From Psammoneis japonica (Eukaryota): 64,000 nucleotides of DNA. The stretch covers positions 1 through 64,000 of the forward strand of contig QPGO01000059.1 of NCBI GenBank assembly GCA_008632985.1, given 5' to 3'. The notes below the pieces were generated by a model. That model had not been told where the DNA came from and did not search any database. It was given only the letters and a program-made list of their open reading frames with translations. A program made the position numbers and the translations under genes. Shown one piece after another: positions 12,336-25,701 of the stretch (position 1 is its first letter; the number at the start of each line of letters is the position of its first letter).

Positions 12336-13254
12336 AGAGTGCTCGTTTAGAAGCACAAGATCCTGTAAGGAAATAACAGTATGATTTGCTAAAGCGATGT
12401 GACAGAACATAACGAGTTTGTGAACAGTGTTATGTGCCCATTACCGACTTTCTAAGGCGATGGATACACTACTACGGAATAAATGTCAAAGTATGGGTTG
12501 CGCGGTAAAGGGTATTTCGAACTAGTCATAATAGATGTTGCGATGGTTTTCACATTATTCCTGCCAAAGTCTATCTCTGTATTCGACCCCTTAGTATGGT
12601 GGAGCAGTCGATCAGTCATCTCTAGCGTTTGCAAAGTGGTTCTCTAGAGTTGCAACGCGGGAACTTATAGTCATCTGTGTCTTGCCCTTTCAAGGCTCTT
12701 GTTACGTAACGTCCGACGCACATCAGTTGTTCTATTCATTCATGTTGCTGTGGTTTGTGAAGAGACAAAAATCGTAGTCCAGCATTCTATAAAAGCACGC
12801 ACCGGCACGCATAACTGATAACTGCACTAAAATACTGACAATCCCCACTTTTAAATTCAGTAGCTGCATGATAAAGCCACCTATTCTCCTGTTCAAGAGA
12901 GTCAGTGTATCCTTGAGTGTGGCTGAGCTATACTACAGTAGCTCTACCTACCAATGGGTGGCTACTCTAGGGCCCTGCAGGTAAAAGCAGGGCTCTCCCG
13001 TACTGATGCTGCCACCATACTACCGGTAGGGGTCTATCTGTTTTGTCGTTCTGGCGCTGTGCGTGGTCGCGCCGCACAGCAAGTATTCTGCACCATGAAC
13101 ATCTATGGTGCGCCATTCCAAGGTCATGCTGTGCTAACCGTAAGATGGGGAGCTTATTCTGCACACGAGGAAGAGCGCGATCCGCTATAATCATCACGAG
13201 TGCTGACACAACCACAAACTCCACCATGCGTCCCGATGGAGCCTGTCGTTGAGG

Positions 13255-14437
13255 TCAGCCATTGGGTTTCTTCATTCGGAGCCCTTCATCAGTTTCGTAG
13301 ACTCCCACAAACTTTGCAGCCTCTTCCCAATGAATCTTTCCCGATGCTCCCGGCCTTTTGATTTGTCGCAGGCTCCGAAGCTCGGACTCAGTAGACTCCG
13401 GTGTGCATGTGTGGACATCTGTCAAATGCGTTGCTGCAATGTTTTGTGCTGCCTGCCAGATTCCTTTCAGTTTCGTCGGATGGCAAATGTTGCCTTTGGC
13501 ATGCTGGCAGTGAGGCAACTTTGTGGCACAATGCACGCACCTTGTCCCCACTTGTCCTGCATGAATCTGTTTCTTTCTGCCTTGGATGTTGCAAGTGGAG
13601 TCATCTTCGGTCGCCTGAAATGTTCTAACTGCTTCCGAGCAAGGATCTGACATTCCGACAGATTGTCAACATCAGATGACAAGAACATGCAATTGCCTCC
13701 GGATTTTGTTCTGGGAAACAAATCATGATGAGCAGGGCTACGTTGCCTGCTGTGAGGTGCTGCAGTGGCTCAAAAAGACAACATCTCAGGGGCTCCTGAT
13801 GGAGGATGGTCAACCGGGCCTAGAAGAGCTGCTGGCTGACCAGCCATTGCGTTCAACGTAAGGATGGACAGCAGGCTGCTGCTGGATCGGGAATTGGAGC
13901 AAGGGCCGTTGCAGCCTGTGCCGCCAGCATGCTTGGGTGAGGCACGATTTGTTGTGTCACTCCTGATGGCAGCAGAATGTTTGCTTGTTGATTTGCCACT
14001 GTTGCGGCATTGCACGGACCTTCTTGTTGCAGCAAGCCAAGCATGCCATGATGAGGAAGACCAGACATGGTCCTTGGTGGCATGTCAACATTTCTTGGAT
14101 GTTGATCCGTTCTTGAGTCGACTCTTGGTCTCGTTGCAAACTCTGCTCTCAGCCATGACAGTGATGCCAACGATGAGTCATTGCTGGTCTGCAACATTTG
14201 AAAATCATCATTGTTGCAGGAATCAACCTGGGCATTGTGCAAAGAAAGGATTTCATCTGCAAGAGGCACTGGTGTCCCATGCTTGCGGTGGTTTTCCATG
14301 ACAAACAAAGTCTGCCACATTTTGCGCTTCTCCTCCTCCTCCTCCTCTTCATCATCAAAGTGCACCACCAGCAAGTTGCTCGTGTTGCCACAGATTTGGC
14401 TCGCCCTGTTTGATGCCGTGCCTCCACTTGCTTGTGC
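13255..14437 (-). pseudogene. Decayed paralog of the QVGxRCxHC-domain gene at 62030-63850
   Basis: LSECQILARKQLEHF/ATEDD..QGRKKQIHAGQVGTRCVHC..GIWQAAQNIAATHL, frameshifted; runs into the N gap. Confidence 0.8.
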
Positions 14438-15259
14438 NNNNNNNNNNNNNNNNNNNNNNNNNNNNNNNNNNNNNNNNNNNNNNNNNNNNNNNNNNNNNNN
14501 NNNNNNNNNNNNNNNNNNNNNNNNNNNNNNNNNNNNNNNNNNNNNNNNNNNNNNNNNNNNNNNNNNNNNNNNNNNNNNNNNNNNNNNNNNNNNNNNNNNN
14601 NNNNNNNNNNNNNNNNNNNNNNNNNNNNNNNNNNNNNNNNNNNNNNNNNNNNNNNNNNNNNNNNNNNNNNNNNNNNNNNNNNNNNNNNNNNNNNNNNNNN
14701 NNNNNNNNNNNNNNNNNNNNNNNNNNNNNNNNNNNNNNNNNNNNNNNNNNNNNNNNNNNNNNNNNNNNNNNNNNNNNNNNNNNNNNNNNNNNNNNNNNNN
14801 NNNNNNNNNNNNNNNNNNNNNNNNNNNNNNNNNNNNNNNNNNNNNNNNNNNNNNNNNNNNNNNNNNNNNNNNNNNNNNNNNNNNNNNNNNNNNNNNNNNN
14901 NNNNNNNNNNNNNNNNNNNNNNNNNNNNNNNNNNNNNNNNNNNNNNNNNNNNNNNNNNNNNNNNNNNNNNNNNNNNNNNNNNNNNNNNNNNNNNNNNNNN
15001 NNNNNNNNNNNNNNNNNNNNNNNNNNNNNNNNNNNNNNNNNNNNNNNNNNNNNNNNNNNNNNNNNNNNNNNNNNNNNNNNNNNNNNNNNNNNNNNNNNNN
15101 NNNNNNNNNNNNNNNNNNNNNNNNNNNNNNNNNNNNNNNNNNNNNNNNNNNNNNNNNNNNNNNNNNNNNNNNNNNNNNNNNNNNNNNNNNNNNNNNNNNN
15201 NNNNNNNNNNNNNNNNNNNNNNNNNNNNNNNNNNNNNNNNNNNNNNNNNNNNNNNNNNN

Positions 15260-15885
15260 GCAGATCTCTTTGTCCTCCAATCTCGAAAAACTTAAACTGC
15301 TGGAAAGAGAGCTCTGCGTCGTCCTGGAACACATTGCAGTGAATTTGGTCTGCCTTGAGAGTCGCACCAATGACGCTTGATCGACAATCACCACGATCAC
15401 TGACTGCCCCTCTGGATTGCTCTGAAGCCCTTGGCATACTTGCAACATTGAATTGTCCATAGAAACAGAGGAGATCCAAAGAACGCGGATCTTCGCCTTG
15501 CTTCGTTGCCTCAGAAATGTGTGGCTCTAAATTCTGTTGCATCAGCAAGCAACATCTCTTCAATTTTTCCATGATCTCTCTAAGAATGAAACGAATTAGA
15601 GTCAGATCAGCAATCGTGGAGGCCCTGTCATTTGCATTTGCAATGTTCCACATTTTCTTCTTGTCAAAACTGTGCAAGTTGAAAGTGTCGTCGTTGCGGT
15701 CTTCCACGGAGAATTTATCCTCCATCAAAACGAAGCTTTCGAATTCGCTGGTGTGCTCCTCCGACAATTGTTTCCACTCATCGTCATTTTCGAGGTCTTC
15801 CTCGAGACTATCTATGATTCGCAACACCGGTGAGAGCTTCATTATTTGCATTGCTGGATTCTGTTTTGGCAGGAAGAGCAGCGAG
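15260..15885 (-). pseudogene. Partly decayed hypothetical gene, duplicated at 60332-61035
   Basis: ORF MQIMKLSPVLRIIDSLEEDLENDDEWKQL...; near-identical DNA at 60410-61035. Confidence 0.6.
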
Positions 15886-16097
15886 CAGCGTCTTTGTGGG
15901 ACAAACGCGCATTTCTTCCGAACGCTCGCGACGCACGTTTGAGGCCCACGATTCAACAAGAAGTCTTCCGCCGCGACTTCAGACGTGTGATGGACGACCG
16001 ATAATGCTCTCTACTCTCTAGTAGTAGAGAGTAGAGAGAAGCATCTCTGTGTGCAATCTCTTCATAAAACAGAGTAACAGAAACGAGCGAAGGAACC

Positions 16098-18301
16098 ATG
16101 TTGGAACAAACTGACAGAGATGTTACCAAGTCACGGGAACATGGTAGGCTCGAGATAGATGACCTAATTTCCCGCGTCGAAACTCTAGTTCTTAGCGGCA
16201 GGCCAACGTCACTTGTTCGAAGCAACCAAAGCAACATGAATGACTCCGCTTTACTAGAGTCACTTCTCGATAGGTTGGAGAAAATATTAGGAATATGCCA
16301 AGGAAAGGACAACAGCAGCAATCAGAGTGCTACTCAATGTCGCACTAGTAGCAGTTGTGAATATTTACAATGGACTACAAAATACTGGCTTCTAAAAAGT
16401 CAGCTCTATGGAATGAAACGTGACTATCTGTCTCTACTACACTCATCCGAAGGAGCAATCAACACATGCTCATCACTAGAAGCTCTCGAAGCAGACAGAA
16501 CTCCAAAAGCAAATTGCGAACTGAAGAAACAACTCGCTTCTGCTCTTGGATATAAAGGATTCTCGCTTGTCAAGCTTGGACGCCACAATGAAGCACTTCC
16601 ATTGCTCGAAGAAAGCATCCAGGTGCAACGAGAGCTAAACAATGATCCTCCTTGGGAAAACTGCAAAGAGGGATCATCTATTACGTACCACGAAAGAAGA
16701 GAGAGACGAGAAGCCGCGGCTGTCCAGCAAGCACTTTCAGAATGTTACCGGCTTCTCCATATCGATGCCCCGCCACCTCCAGTGATCAAATTTCCTCGGA
16801 CGGCTCACCTTTTTGATTCCGGTGGTACTGCAACCACGCCCGATGACTTGGTTGTATTGAACGATGACAAACTCTTAAAAGGCGTCTTCAAGGAGGGAAC
16901 ACGTTGGCTGACGATCGAAGAGAAGGTAGATGGAGCTAATCTTGGAATAAGCATGTGTCCGTACAGTGGCACAATTCTGGTGCAGAACAGAAGTCACTAT
17001 GTTTCATCAGCGGATCATGCCCAGTACAATGGGGTCAAGGAATGGGTAGAACAACACCGGGTCGGTTTGAACGGCATCTTCGAAGGTCAAGGACGTAGAG
17101 TTCGACGAAGAATTCTCTACGGCGAATGGGTTGTGGCACGACATTCCGTACCATATAAAAACCTCCCGGGATACTTTGTGGCTTTTGATATTTATGACGA
17201 AGTCTCTAAGAAGTTCTTTTCCAGAGAACGATTCCACAACAACTTGAACGGTACCGGTATTCCAGTTGTCCCTGTCATCGATAGCCAACTATTTGGTCCT
17301 TTTCGTGGGAAGAAGCAGCTCGACGGCTTCTATCATACTTTGAGAGCCATGCTTGACACCAAGTCGGTCTTTCGTTCAGACGGAGGGTTTGTTGAAGGAA
17401 TTGTTCTCCGAGTAGATGAGACTTCTCGCATCGACGGAAGAGCGCCACTATGGATGGAGCACAGGTGGAAAGTGGTGCGACCAGATTTTGTTCGAGGGTG
17501 TCAAGACTCGCACTGGGCAACACGCAAGATTGAGAAGCAGCAAATCAATTACGAATTTGCTCAGCGATACATCTCAGATTGCTATGTGTTTGCAGCCTCA
17601 AACGCATCGAGGCACCCTTTCTCATCGACAAATATGGATAGTTCAATAAGTGAGGACGATGCAACCGAGGCAGTAGCAAGAGACCCAGATTCCACTATAC
17701 CGCCCACTGTAAGCGTTAAAGATAAGGCTGAAAGGATTGAAAAGAGAGAGATGCGTGAGTTTCGAAAGCAGATGGAGCGAAGGCAGCGTCGAGTTCCACG
17801 CTGCATCATGTTGATGGGGTTGCCAGCATCTGGTAAATCTACCTTTGCAGCAAGGCTTGCACAAAACGGAGATAGCAGCTTGGATCCGACAAAACACAAA
17901 AAATGGACCATTGTTAATCAGGATTCCATGGGTAGAAAGGAATGTGTTGCTGTTGCCGGACGGCTAGGTCGGAGTCGTCGAATCATTCTCGACAGATGCA
18001 ACCCAACAGAAGCCGAGAGATCTGAATGGCTGGGAATTTTACACGACCCTCCCAAAGGAGACGTCGCCCTAGTTTACTTTGCTGCAAACTCTGAGACCTG
18101 CATCAAACGAGCAACAACCGTATCGGGCATGAGACGATCCCCCACGGAAGGGGCGAAAGAATAATTCTCGATCTCGTAAAGCGGTTGGAAAGGCCGACCG
18201 CACGTGAGCGGAAGGAAGTCTTTGCAACCGTTGAAACTGTAACCACTTTTGAAGAGTCTGATGCGCTTCTCCGGCGATGGGGCGTGGTCGACATGGCATG
18301 A
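16098..18301 (+). CDS. TPR + ATP-dependent RNA ligase + P-loop (AAA_33/PNK-like) kinase fusion (1-bp frameshift ~18114)
   Basis: TPR-like ALGYKGFSLVKLGRHNEALPLLEESI; ligase KFPRTAHL, EEKVDGAN (KxDG), LYGEW, FVAFDI, EGIV, KVV; kinase GLPASGKST, ILDRCN; ..HETIP..WGVVDMA* in the shifted frame. Confidence 0.85.
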
Positions 18302-18492
18302 TTCTGGATTCGTTCCATGTGCGGCATCGACGCCGCAAAATATTAGTGTCATAGTGTTGGTGCGTCATCTGTGAGGTCTCGCTACTCTCTACTAGCTAGC
18401 TACTCTCTCTGGAGCAGAGCTCTGTACTACCTCGAGTAGAGAGAGTACGGTACCGTAGCTAGAGTAGGGCCCTAGTGCCAACAGGTGTCATT

Positions 18493-18609
18493 TGCAAGGT
18501 CTAACAAGATAAAGACTTTATTGATAGGTAACAGAATTGTGAGCGAAAGACCGAGGCAACGAGGTCGCTGAGATCGAAATCAGCGAAGCCCGTTGCAACG
18601 GCTTTCTTA
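18493..18609 (-). repeat. Gypsy 3' LTR (TA and CG largely retained)
   Basis: Direct repeat of 25168-25280; adjacent to the purine tract. Confidence 0.8.
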
Positions 18610-21518
18610 TCTTCCCTTCCATGATTCGAATCATGAGAATCATGAGGGACTAAAAAAAAATTTAAATTTCCAATGACGAGGACAAAGGGAAACCCAGATG
18701 TTGGGGGTAAAACCCTTGACCTCAGCTTCGAAACGGTGCGACGCGCCGAACATTGAGATGTTCCACCACATGAGGCGCTCGTTGGACCGCAAAGGTGCCA
18801 CCAGCATGCAGGTGAGGACCGTGCGCTCAAGGAGCGAGTTTGGCAGGATCCGCGGTCTTGATGAGAATTTGACCACCGATTTGAAAATCCGCCAGTGCCG
18901 GGAGATCCAAAATCACATCGCGTTGGAATGCCATTGCACCCGGCAAAACCTTGAAAGCACGGGAAACCGCACATCACATGGCATGCACAGCTGTCGCCAA
19001 TGCATTGTCTGCCAATTGATTGGCCTGTCCAATGTTCTGTGGAGGACAAATGTGAAGCAAAGTGCACAAGACATTTCCAACAGTTTGATGCACATGTTCA
19101 CATGCCGCATTGGCCTGTGGATTTTGAGAAGTGGTTGGTGCATCATCCACTCCTGCCTGTTGCAGCAACAGTTGAAAATTTCTCCAATGAATTCTCCTCT
19201 GTTGTCATGAAATGCAATGGTTGGGACGAGGATGATGAGACAACCAACAGTTCTGAAATTGCTGAGCAATGTGAGACAAGGTTTTGTTCTCAATGCAAAT
19301 GAGTTCAGCGACATTTGAAACAGTGTCAACACAAGTCAGCGCATTGAATTCAATCTCTTGGCCTTGGATTTTAATCTTCCAAGGGCCAATGAGATCAACT
19401 GCCACTTCATTCCAAGGCAACAAAGACGCTTCACGTTCTGGCAGATCCCCACATCCAGGACCCAAAGTTTTCAAACATTGACAATCAGCACACAGGAAAG
19501 ATTCACAAGATTGACGCAAAGCAGGATGATGGAAATGCGCGCCAATGGCAGAGTGCATTCGATGCACTCCTGCGTGCCCCAAAATTCTGTGGTGCCAACG
19601 CATGTCAGGCAGCAAGGCATTGGAGCACAGATTTTCCACAAAGTTGTTCAATGACCAAGCGCTCGGGATGCTGTTGTTGCATTTGGTTCAATTGTCCATC
19701 AACAAATTGATGTTCCTGAATTTGTTGCACAGTTGTTGGGTTTTGCATTTCCTCAAGAGAGGGACAGTTTAAGAGTGATTCGCACAATTCCAGATTGTCC
19801 ACCACGGAGGAGCAAAAGAGGGACGATTGATCCTGACAACATGAAAATTGAGACACGTGACCCAACTCATCAAGCTCTTCTTCATGAGGCAACATTGCAG
19901 GGTTGATCGTCTTAAAGTCAATCAGCTTGCCCTTGTCAGGAGCACACTTCCCTTCCATTGGAGGATCCATGCAAGGCAGACAAGAGAAACAATCAGCCAA
20001 AATGTTGTCCTTGCCATCAATGCATGCAAAAGTGGGAGCAAAATCTTCCAAGAAAAGATGCCGCCTGAGTGCTCGTTGAGAATTGAGTGTGCGAAAGGTG
20101 AGATTTTTATGACCTGCAAACACAGCACAGTCAACAACCGAATGACATTGAACGAAACTCTTTGAAACACATTGCCACTGCCAACAATTCTTTTTTGATG
20201 GCAGAGCAGTTCTGTTGTGCTGCGCTGAGCTTTCAAGACCAGCATGCTGCCGGTTTGCTGTCTTGCATTGTCACCACACCCATTTGACAGTCGGAAGAAT
20301 CAGCATGGACATGGAAGGGCTTGTCATGATTGGGGCAGACCCAAAGGGTGTCATCCAACATCAAGGTCTTCATGTCCTCGAAGGCTTTTTGACACTCGGG
20401 CATCCACTCCAACTTGCTTTTGCCTGTCAGCTTCATGAGCAGAGCAAGTGTGTGAGAGCAATGAGGCCACACATTGCAACAGCAGGTTGCTGCACCAATG
20501 AACGAACGGAGCTGTGTCATGGTTCGCGGAGCTTGCACCCGCAGCACTGCCTTGACTTTCTTCTTCCACAGTCAAACTCCTGTTGGTGTGAGCCAATGGC
20601 CCAGAAAATCAGTCTCTTGGATGCACCACTCACATTTGAGTGGGTTGACTTTGAGATCATTTTCGTCCAGCCTGGATGACAGCTCATCAAGTCAATGCAT
20701 GTGAGCAGCAAATGAATCATCAAATTGAGCAATGTCGTCAATGCAGGCTTTGACATCAAGGCCTTTCACCACTTTTTCAACAATGGCTTGAGCAACATCC
20801 AGAGGCATTTTCAAAGCCATCACCAGTCAACAATGCCAAAATTTCCCAAATGGAGTGACAACAGTGCACAAATCCTTGGACTCTTCATCAAGCTTGACAC
20901 CATGGCAGAACACAGTCAAATCAAACTTTGTTAAAAACTTGCAGCCTGATTGTTGGTGAATGACATCTGAACAATCAGCAGAGGGCACACCTTGCGCTTG
21001 AGCACCTTGTTGAGCTCTCAAAAATCGGACATCCATCGGACTTGACCATCTTTCTTGGGAGCAACGAAGGTTCCTGCCGCCCACTCTGTTGGTCCCACAG
21101 GTTCCAGTGCACCAATGTTGCAAGAATGCTTCAATTCCTTCTTGAATGCCTCTTCATCCCTCTTGGATGCTTCACAAGCTTTAGAATGGAAGGGAACGGC
21201 ATTGGGGTCAACTTCCAAATGAACTTTCTCATGCAGGCATTTGCCAAGGGTTCCATCAAAAAGAGTTTTGTGCCGTTCAAGCACACACTGGAGCTGGTCT
21301 TGTTGTTCTGAGGTCAAATGAGATTGAGGCTGAGCCACTGCCTCCATTGATGCTTTCTCATGCTTCGCATCCAGCACAAAAGATTGACCTGGGAGTTTGT
21401 CACTGCATTCATCCTCCTCATGACTGTTGAGTGCATCTGACCAATTTTGCATCTGGCTCCAATGGTTGGCTTGTTTCATCAGAAGAGTGACATCGAACCA
21501 TTTCACAACTCCGAATCG

Positions 21519-23154
21519 TTCCAAGGGACATTTGGTTGGACAATTGCCATTTCTGGCATTCCATTGGTGGATTGTGCCAGCCCTGTCTTTGGTTTCAGAC
21601 CGTCTTTGCACCGTGCCAAAGCCTGTGGATCCCTTTTGGTCCTTCATTTTCTCTTTCGAATGATGGAGTGCTGTCAGCACGCATTTCTTCTTGGCGTGGA
21701 CCTGCATTGTGACAACTCCTCTTTAGCTCAGAATGTTTCAAACTTTGCGTCATTGCCTCCCTTGCCAGACAATCCAGAAGAATCTAAAAGTGAGTGTGGT
21801 TGTCATCAACGGCACCACATTGCAAATGCTCTTTCAGCTGAATGGGATGTCATTCATGAGATCTGCCAGTCCCTGCAGCAAATCTCGGATTTCTCTGTAA
21901 GAGGATGTTCCGGCACCTTTGTTGAGTTTCATTGGGCGAAAGGACATCAAGACAACGTCCTTCCTTTTGAGTCTCTGTCTCTTCTGGCAAAGTTGAATGT
22001 TCACGCAGATCGGCTGGTGGTGAGTCGACACCAACGCCAATGCTCCGGGGACTCTCTTCTTGCTCCTTGGATGCCCCACTGCCTGGCAAACTTGGTTGTT
22101 CAGAACAAGACGGTTTCTTGAACTTCAAACCCATCCTCCATTGCAAAGCTTCCAGCTCAGCTCTCATCACCTGCATGAAAGAGAAATGCTGTTGGTCTGA
22201 CATCGTGTTCGACTCGATTGATTGGATGGTCCATTCTAAATTGATGGCTGGGAACATTCGGCGGAAGGTCAGTGCAGTCAAATTGGTTCAAGATCTGCCA
22301 CCAACCAACAAGACAGTGCGCCAACACAATCCTGTCCAACCTGACTGTTGCATTCATTGCCAGCATCAGATGGAGGATAGAGACCACATTCTCTGATGTC
22401 CTCACAACGAGAATTGGTGCAGAAAATTTCTACAAGGTCTGCGGAAAAAGTGCGACAACATGCACACCTCCCCCTTGAGATTTGTGACTTGCTCATGTTG
22501 TCTCTTGAAGCATGGTTTTGCAACAAGATCCAATGTTCAGATGGTCTTCATCGCAGTGTGACATCCGCACTGCATTCTCAGGAGGCCATTGGATGGCGAC
22601 ACATTTTCAGTGGACGTTTTTTGTGTCAGTGGAACGTGTCCCAATGCTCTTGTCTGTTGTCCAGCGGCATTTGTCAAGAGCTCACGGACAAAGAACAATG
22701 CCCAGATTGGGCTGCTGCAGTGGGAAATTTCATTTGGGATCCCAAAGGTGGGATCTGTGGGATTCCCACAATGACGATGCACATGGCCATGATTTGGAGA
22801 CCAGAAAATCATCACAATGTAGAGACGCCGAAGCAGAGGTCAAAGTGATTTGCTCAAGATCGGACGAGTGTCTGGCCAAGGACAGATCACAACTGTCAGA
22901 CTTGGTCAAAGAGCATCTTACACACTCAACACACCATCTGCAAAACTGGGTTGCCATGGTCAAACCTGTGTTTGAGTCAAGCATCAAGGAAGCCAAACGT
23001 CTGGCTGTTTGCGGCACTGGAGCCATTGCAAGCCGCTTTGGCACAGCATCGCCTGCTGGTGATGCTGACTCTGGCCAATCGCCACATGCTCCTGCTGCAC
23101 GGTCAGTGTGCCAGGGGTGTGGATTGGCTTGTTGCCACAGATTTTTGGTTTTAT
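21519..23154 (+). mobile_element. 5'-truncated non-LTR retrotransposon (RNase H-bearing LINE) nested in Gypsy pol
   Basis: GTFGW, LHCDN, AEWDVI, HWAKGHQD, LNVHADRL RNase H motifs, CxxC..EDRDHIL knuckle; flanked by imperfect 20-bp repeats at 21499-21518 and 23155-23174. Confidence 0.75.
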
Positions 23155-25167
23155 CATTTCATGGCTCCGAATCGAAAATCGAGTGTCATTCCAGCCTTGG
23201 AAAGGAAGTCTTGGCCCAACATCATGTCATGCTTGCATGGCGCATCAAACACTTGGGCTGCAATGCCATCAACTTGTTTCAACTTGTCAAATTCGGGTGG
23301 CACCAGATCTTTCACAATGGCATGTCGGGAGGACTCATGTCGTCCAGCTGCCGTCTGAAAACTGAGTCGTCCTGATTCATTCACAGTGGGATTGGCTGCC
23401 TTCAGAAGAACTCGGGAGTGAACAAGGGTGTCAGTGCCTCCTGAATCTAATGGCGCACACACAATGCTGGCCTGCTCTCTTGGCCTTGAATTGTGCACGC
23501 CGCCATCAACGTTGTTGGAACCACATTCAGTGGTTTGGGAGTCACAGTTTTTGGGGTTGGCACAGTGCACTCCAAAGGGCCACACAGCACAAGATTCCAT
23601 TGGGTCTCCCACATCTTCATCAACATCAAAACACATGTTTTCATCACAACCACACAAAACACAAAAAGATTGAGCGACACACTCTGACTTGGGCACTTCC
23701 GTCCCTTGTCAATTACGCCAACTTCGTTGGCCTTGCGGGAGTCGACCACTCGATTGCACCCGTTTCCACCTTGCATCTGGCAAGGCCCTCCTTGATCAAA
23801 ATGGTGCAACTCCAATTGCCAGCCACCAGGAGGAGCTGCTCCAGCCAGATTTCCATGGCCTTGGGCATCACCACTGGCTTGGGTGCCATTTTGATTTTGA
23901 CAGCAAGATCTGCCACCTTGGGAATTCTGATGGTCATTTTGATTTCCATGTCCTCGGCCTCCACAGCCTTGGTCACCACAGTTGCCACAACCACCACGGC
24001 CTTGGAAGTTGCCATGACCTCCTTGGCCTTGCAATCCTCTTCCCTTGGCAGTTGCCATGGCCTCCTCCACAACCTCTGCCACGACCTCCACCACGGTCTG
24101 ACCTTGGTTGACAGTTTTGGCTCTCCGGATTCAAAATGCAATCCTTCCACTTGTGATCATGGTTGGCATGTGCAGGGCATCCAGCCTCTGAATCGACTCA
24201 AGTGCCACTCCCATGAGTGTGCCTTGAAGCTTGAGACAAGGAGCCACTGCTTTTCCTCTTCTTCTCTTGCTTCTTTGAGTTGCCTTTGTCCGCGAAGGAC
24301 TTTTTGTTGTTCGTGCAGCTGACAATCTCAGCAAGACTGTCGTTGGCCATCAAACGGCCTGCTTGGGTGTGCATCTCATGCCATGGACGAGAAAAGCTGT
24401 CAAATGTCAACTTTTTCTTCTGGGCTTCGTTTGCTTGCGGAGTGCCCCCCAGCGACTTGTTAGAGCACCAAATCAGCATCTCCATGTGATCAGCATGTGC
24501 CTGCACTTTGGATTTGAATGGCTTTTTCAAGGTTGGCAAGCACTCAATCATGGCATCACGTGCCTCATCATCACAGTGAGACAAGCAAAAACGATTTGTC
24601 TCCTGATTGAAATGCACAACCGTCTCATCTGCATCTGCAATCGAGTCACAGTCAAATTTGCCCACTTGTCCTCAGCAGCATCAGTCAATGCTTCTTCAAA
24701 ACTTTCAAACAACTCCTCGCCAGTGGCAAACTCCAATTTTGCAGCAATTTTACAAAAACAATCCTCAACAAACAACAACGCTTCAATGCCATGGGTGCCA
24801 TCAAAATGCGGACACTTTTTGGCATGAGTGCCACCATCATCATGCGATTGCAACAATTTTGCATCTTCCAAATCAGAATGTTCAAATTTTGCTTTGCAGC
24901 CAATGCACGGCTCTTTGAATGATTCACTCATGACACAGAATAGAATGCAACTGTTCAATGGTCCTCTCAAGGGCTTCTGCCTTTGACTCCAAGTGCTGCA
25001 CTCAACTTGCCAAGTTTTGTTTGTGCCGCTTTTGCTGTTGCACTTGTTTCTGATGCTCAACAGCCCAAACTCCTGCTCTTGCTTGCAGTTCTCTCTTCTC
25101 ATGTTTGGTCAATCTGTTTGCATTGTTCCCAGTCTCCATCCAGTTCTTGAGTCAACTGCAATTGCAG

Positions 25168-25280
25168 TGCAAGGTCCAACAAGACAAAGACTTCAGCGAC
25201 AACAGAATTGTGAGCAAAAGACCAAGGCAACAAGGTCACTGAGATTGAAATCAGCGAAGCCCTTTGCAATGGCTTTTGCA
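25168..25280 (-). repeat. Gypsy 5' LTR (TA and CG converted)
   Basis: TG...CA ends; aligns with 18493-18609. Confidence 0.8.
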
Positions 25281-25701
25281 ATGTCTGATGGAATCATTGA
25301 CACTGTGTGTCAGAAAATGAGGTGCACGTCACTGCATCATTTGGCTCTCATGGTCATCATGCAGAGATGGAATCTCCTGCGAAAGTGCATGACCAAGCAT
25401 GCGGTGCACAAGTGTTTGATGAGCCTCGGGTGTGAAGAACCCATTTTGAATGATTTTGCAGTGATTTTGAGAACACAATGTGTGGAGCGATAGAAGCTGC
25501 AGGTGCTTCTTGTGCAATGGTCCTTCCAATCTGATGTTTGGCTTTAAAGTGATCATTTGTGACGTTTTGCCCGCAGGGGTGGACAGGCACGTGTGCCCCG
25601 TGGCAACTCGACCATCCCCTGCTCCATCCAACGCAATGCATGCACATTGCATGCTGTCAACTGGCTGGGCCTGCTCCATCCCCATGTCTTGGCGCCCAAG
25701 C

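Larger units (their letters stand above)
18493..25280 (-). mobile_element. Decayed Ty3/Gypsy LTR retrotransposon with short LTRs
   Basis: Minus-strand order gag, protease (LDSGGT), RT (APKKDGQVRWMSDF, KFDL, ACIDDI), RNase H (HVHADSSDCQMG), integrase (WNEVAVDLIGPW); purine tract ggaagggaaga before the 3' LTR; no TSD recognised. Confidence 0.9.

Noticed and set aside
14438..15259. Long ORFs spanning N runs (also 59595-60331)
   Set aside because: Artefacts of assembly gaps
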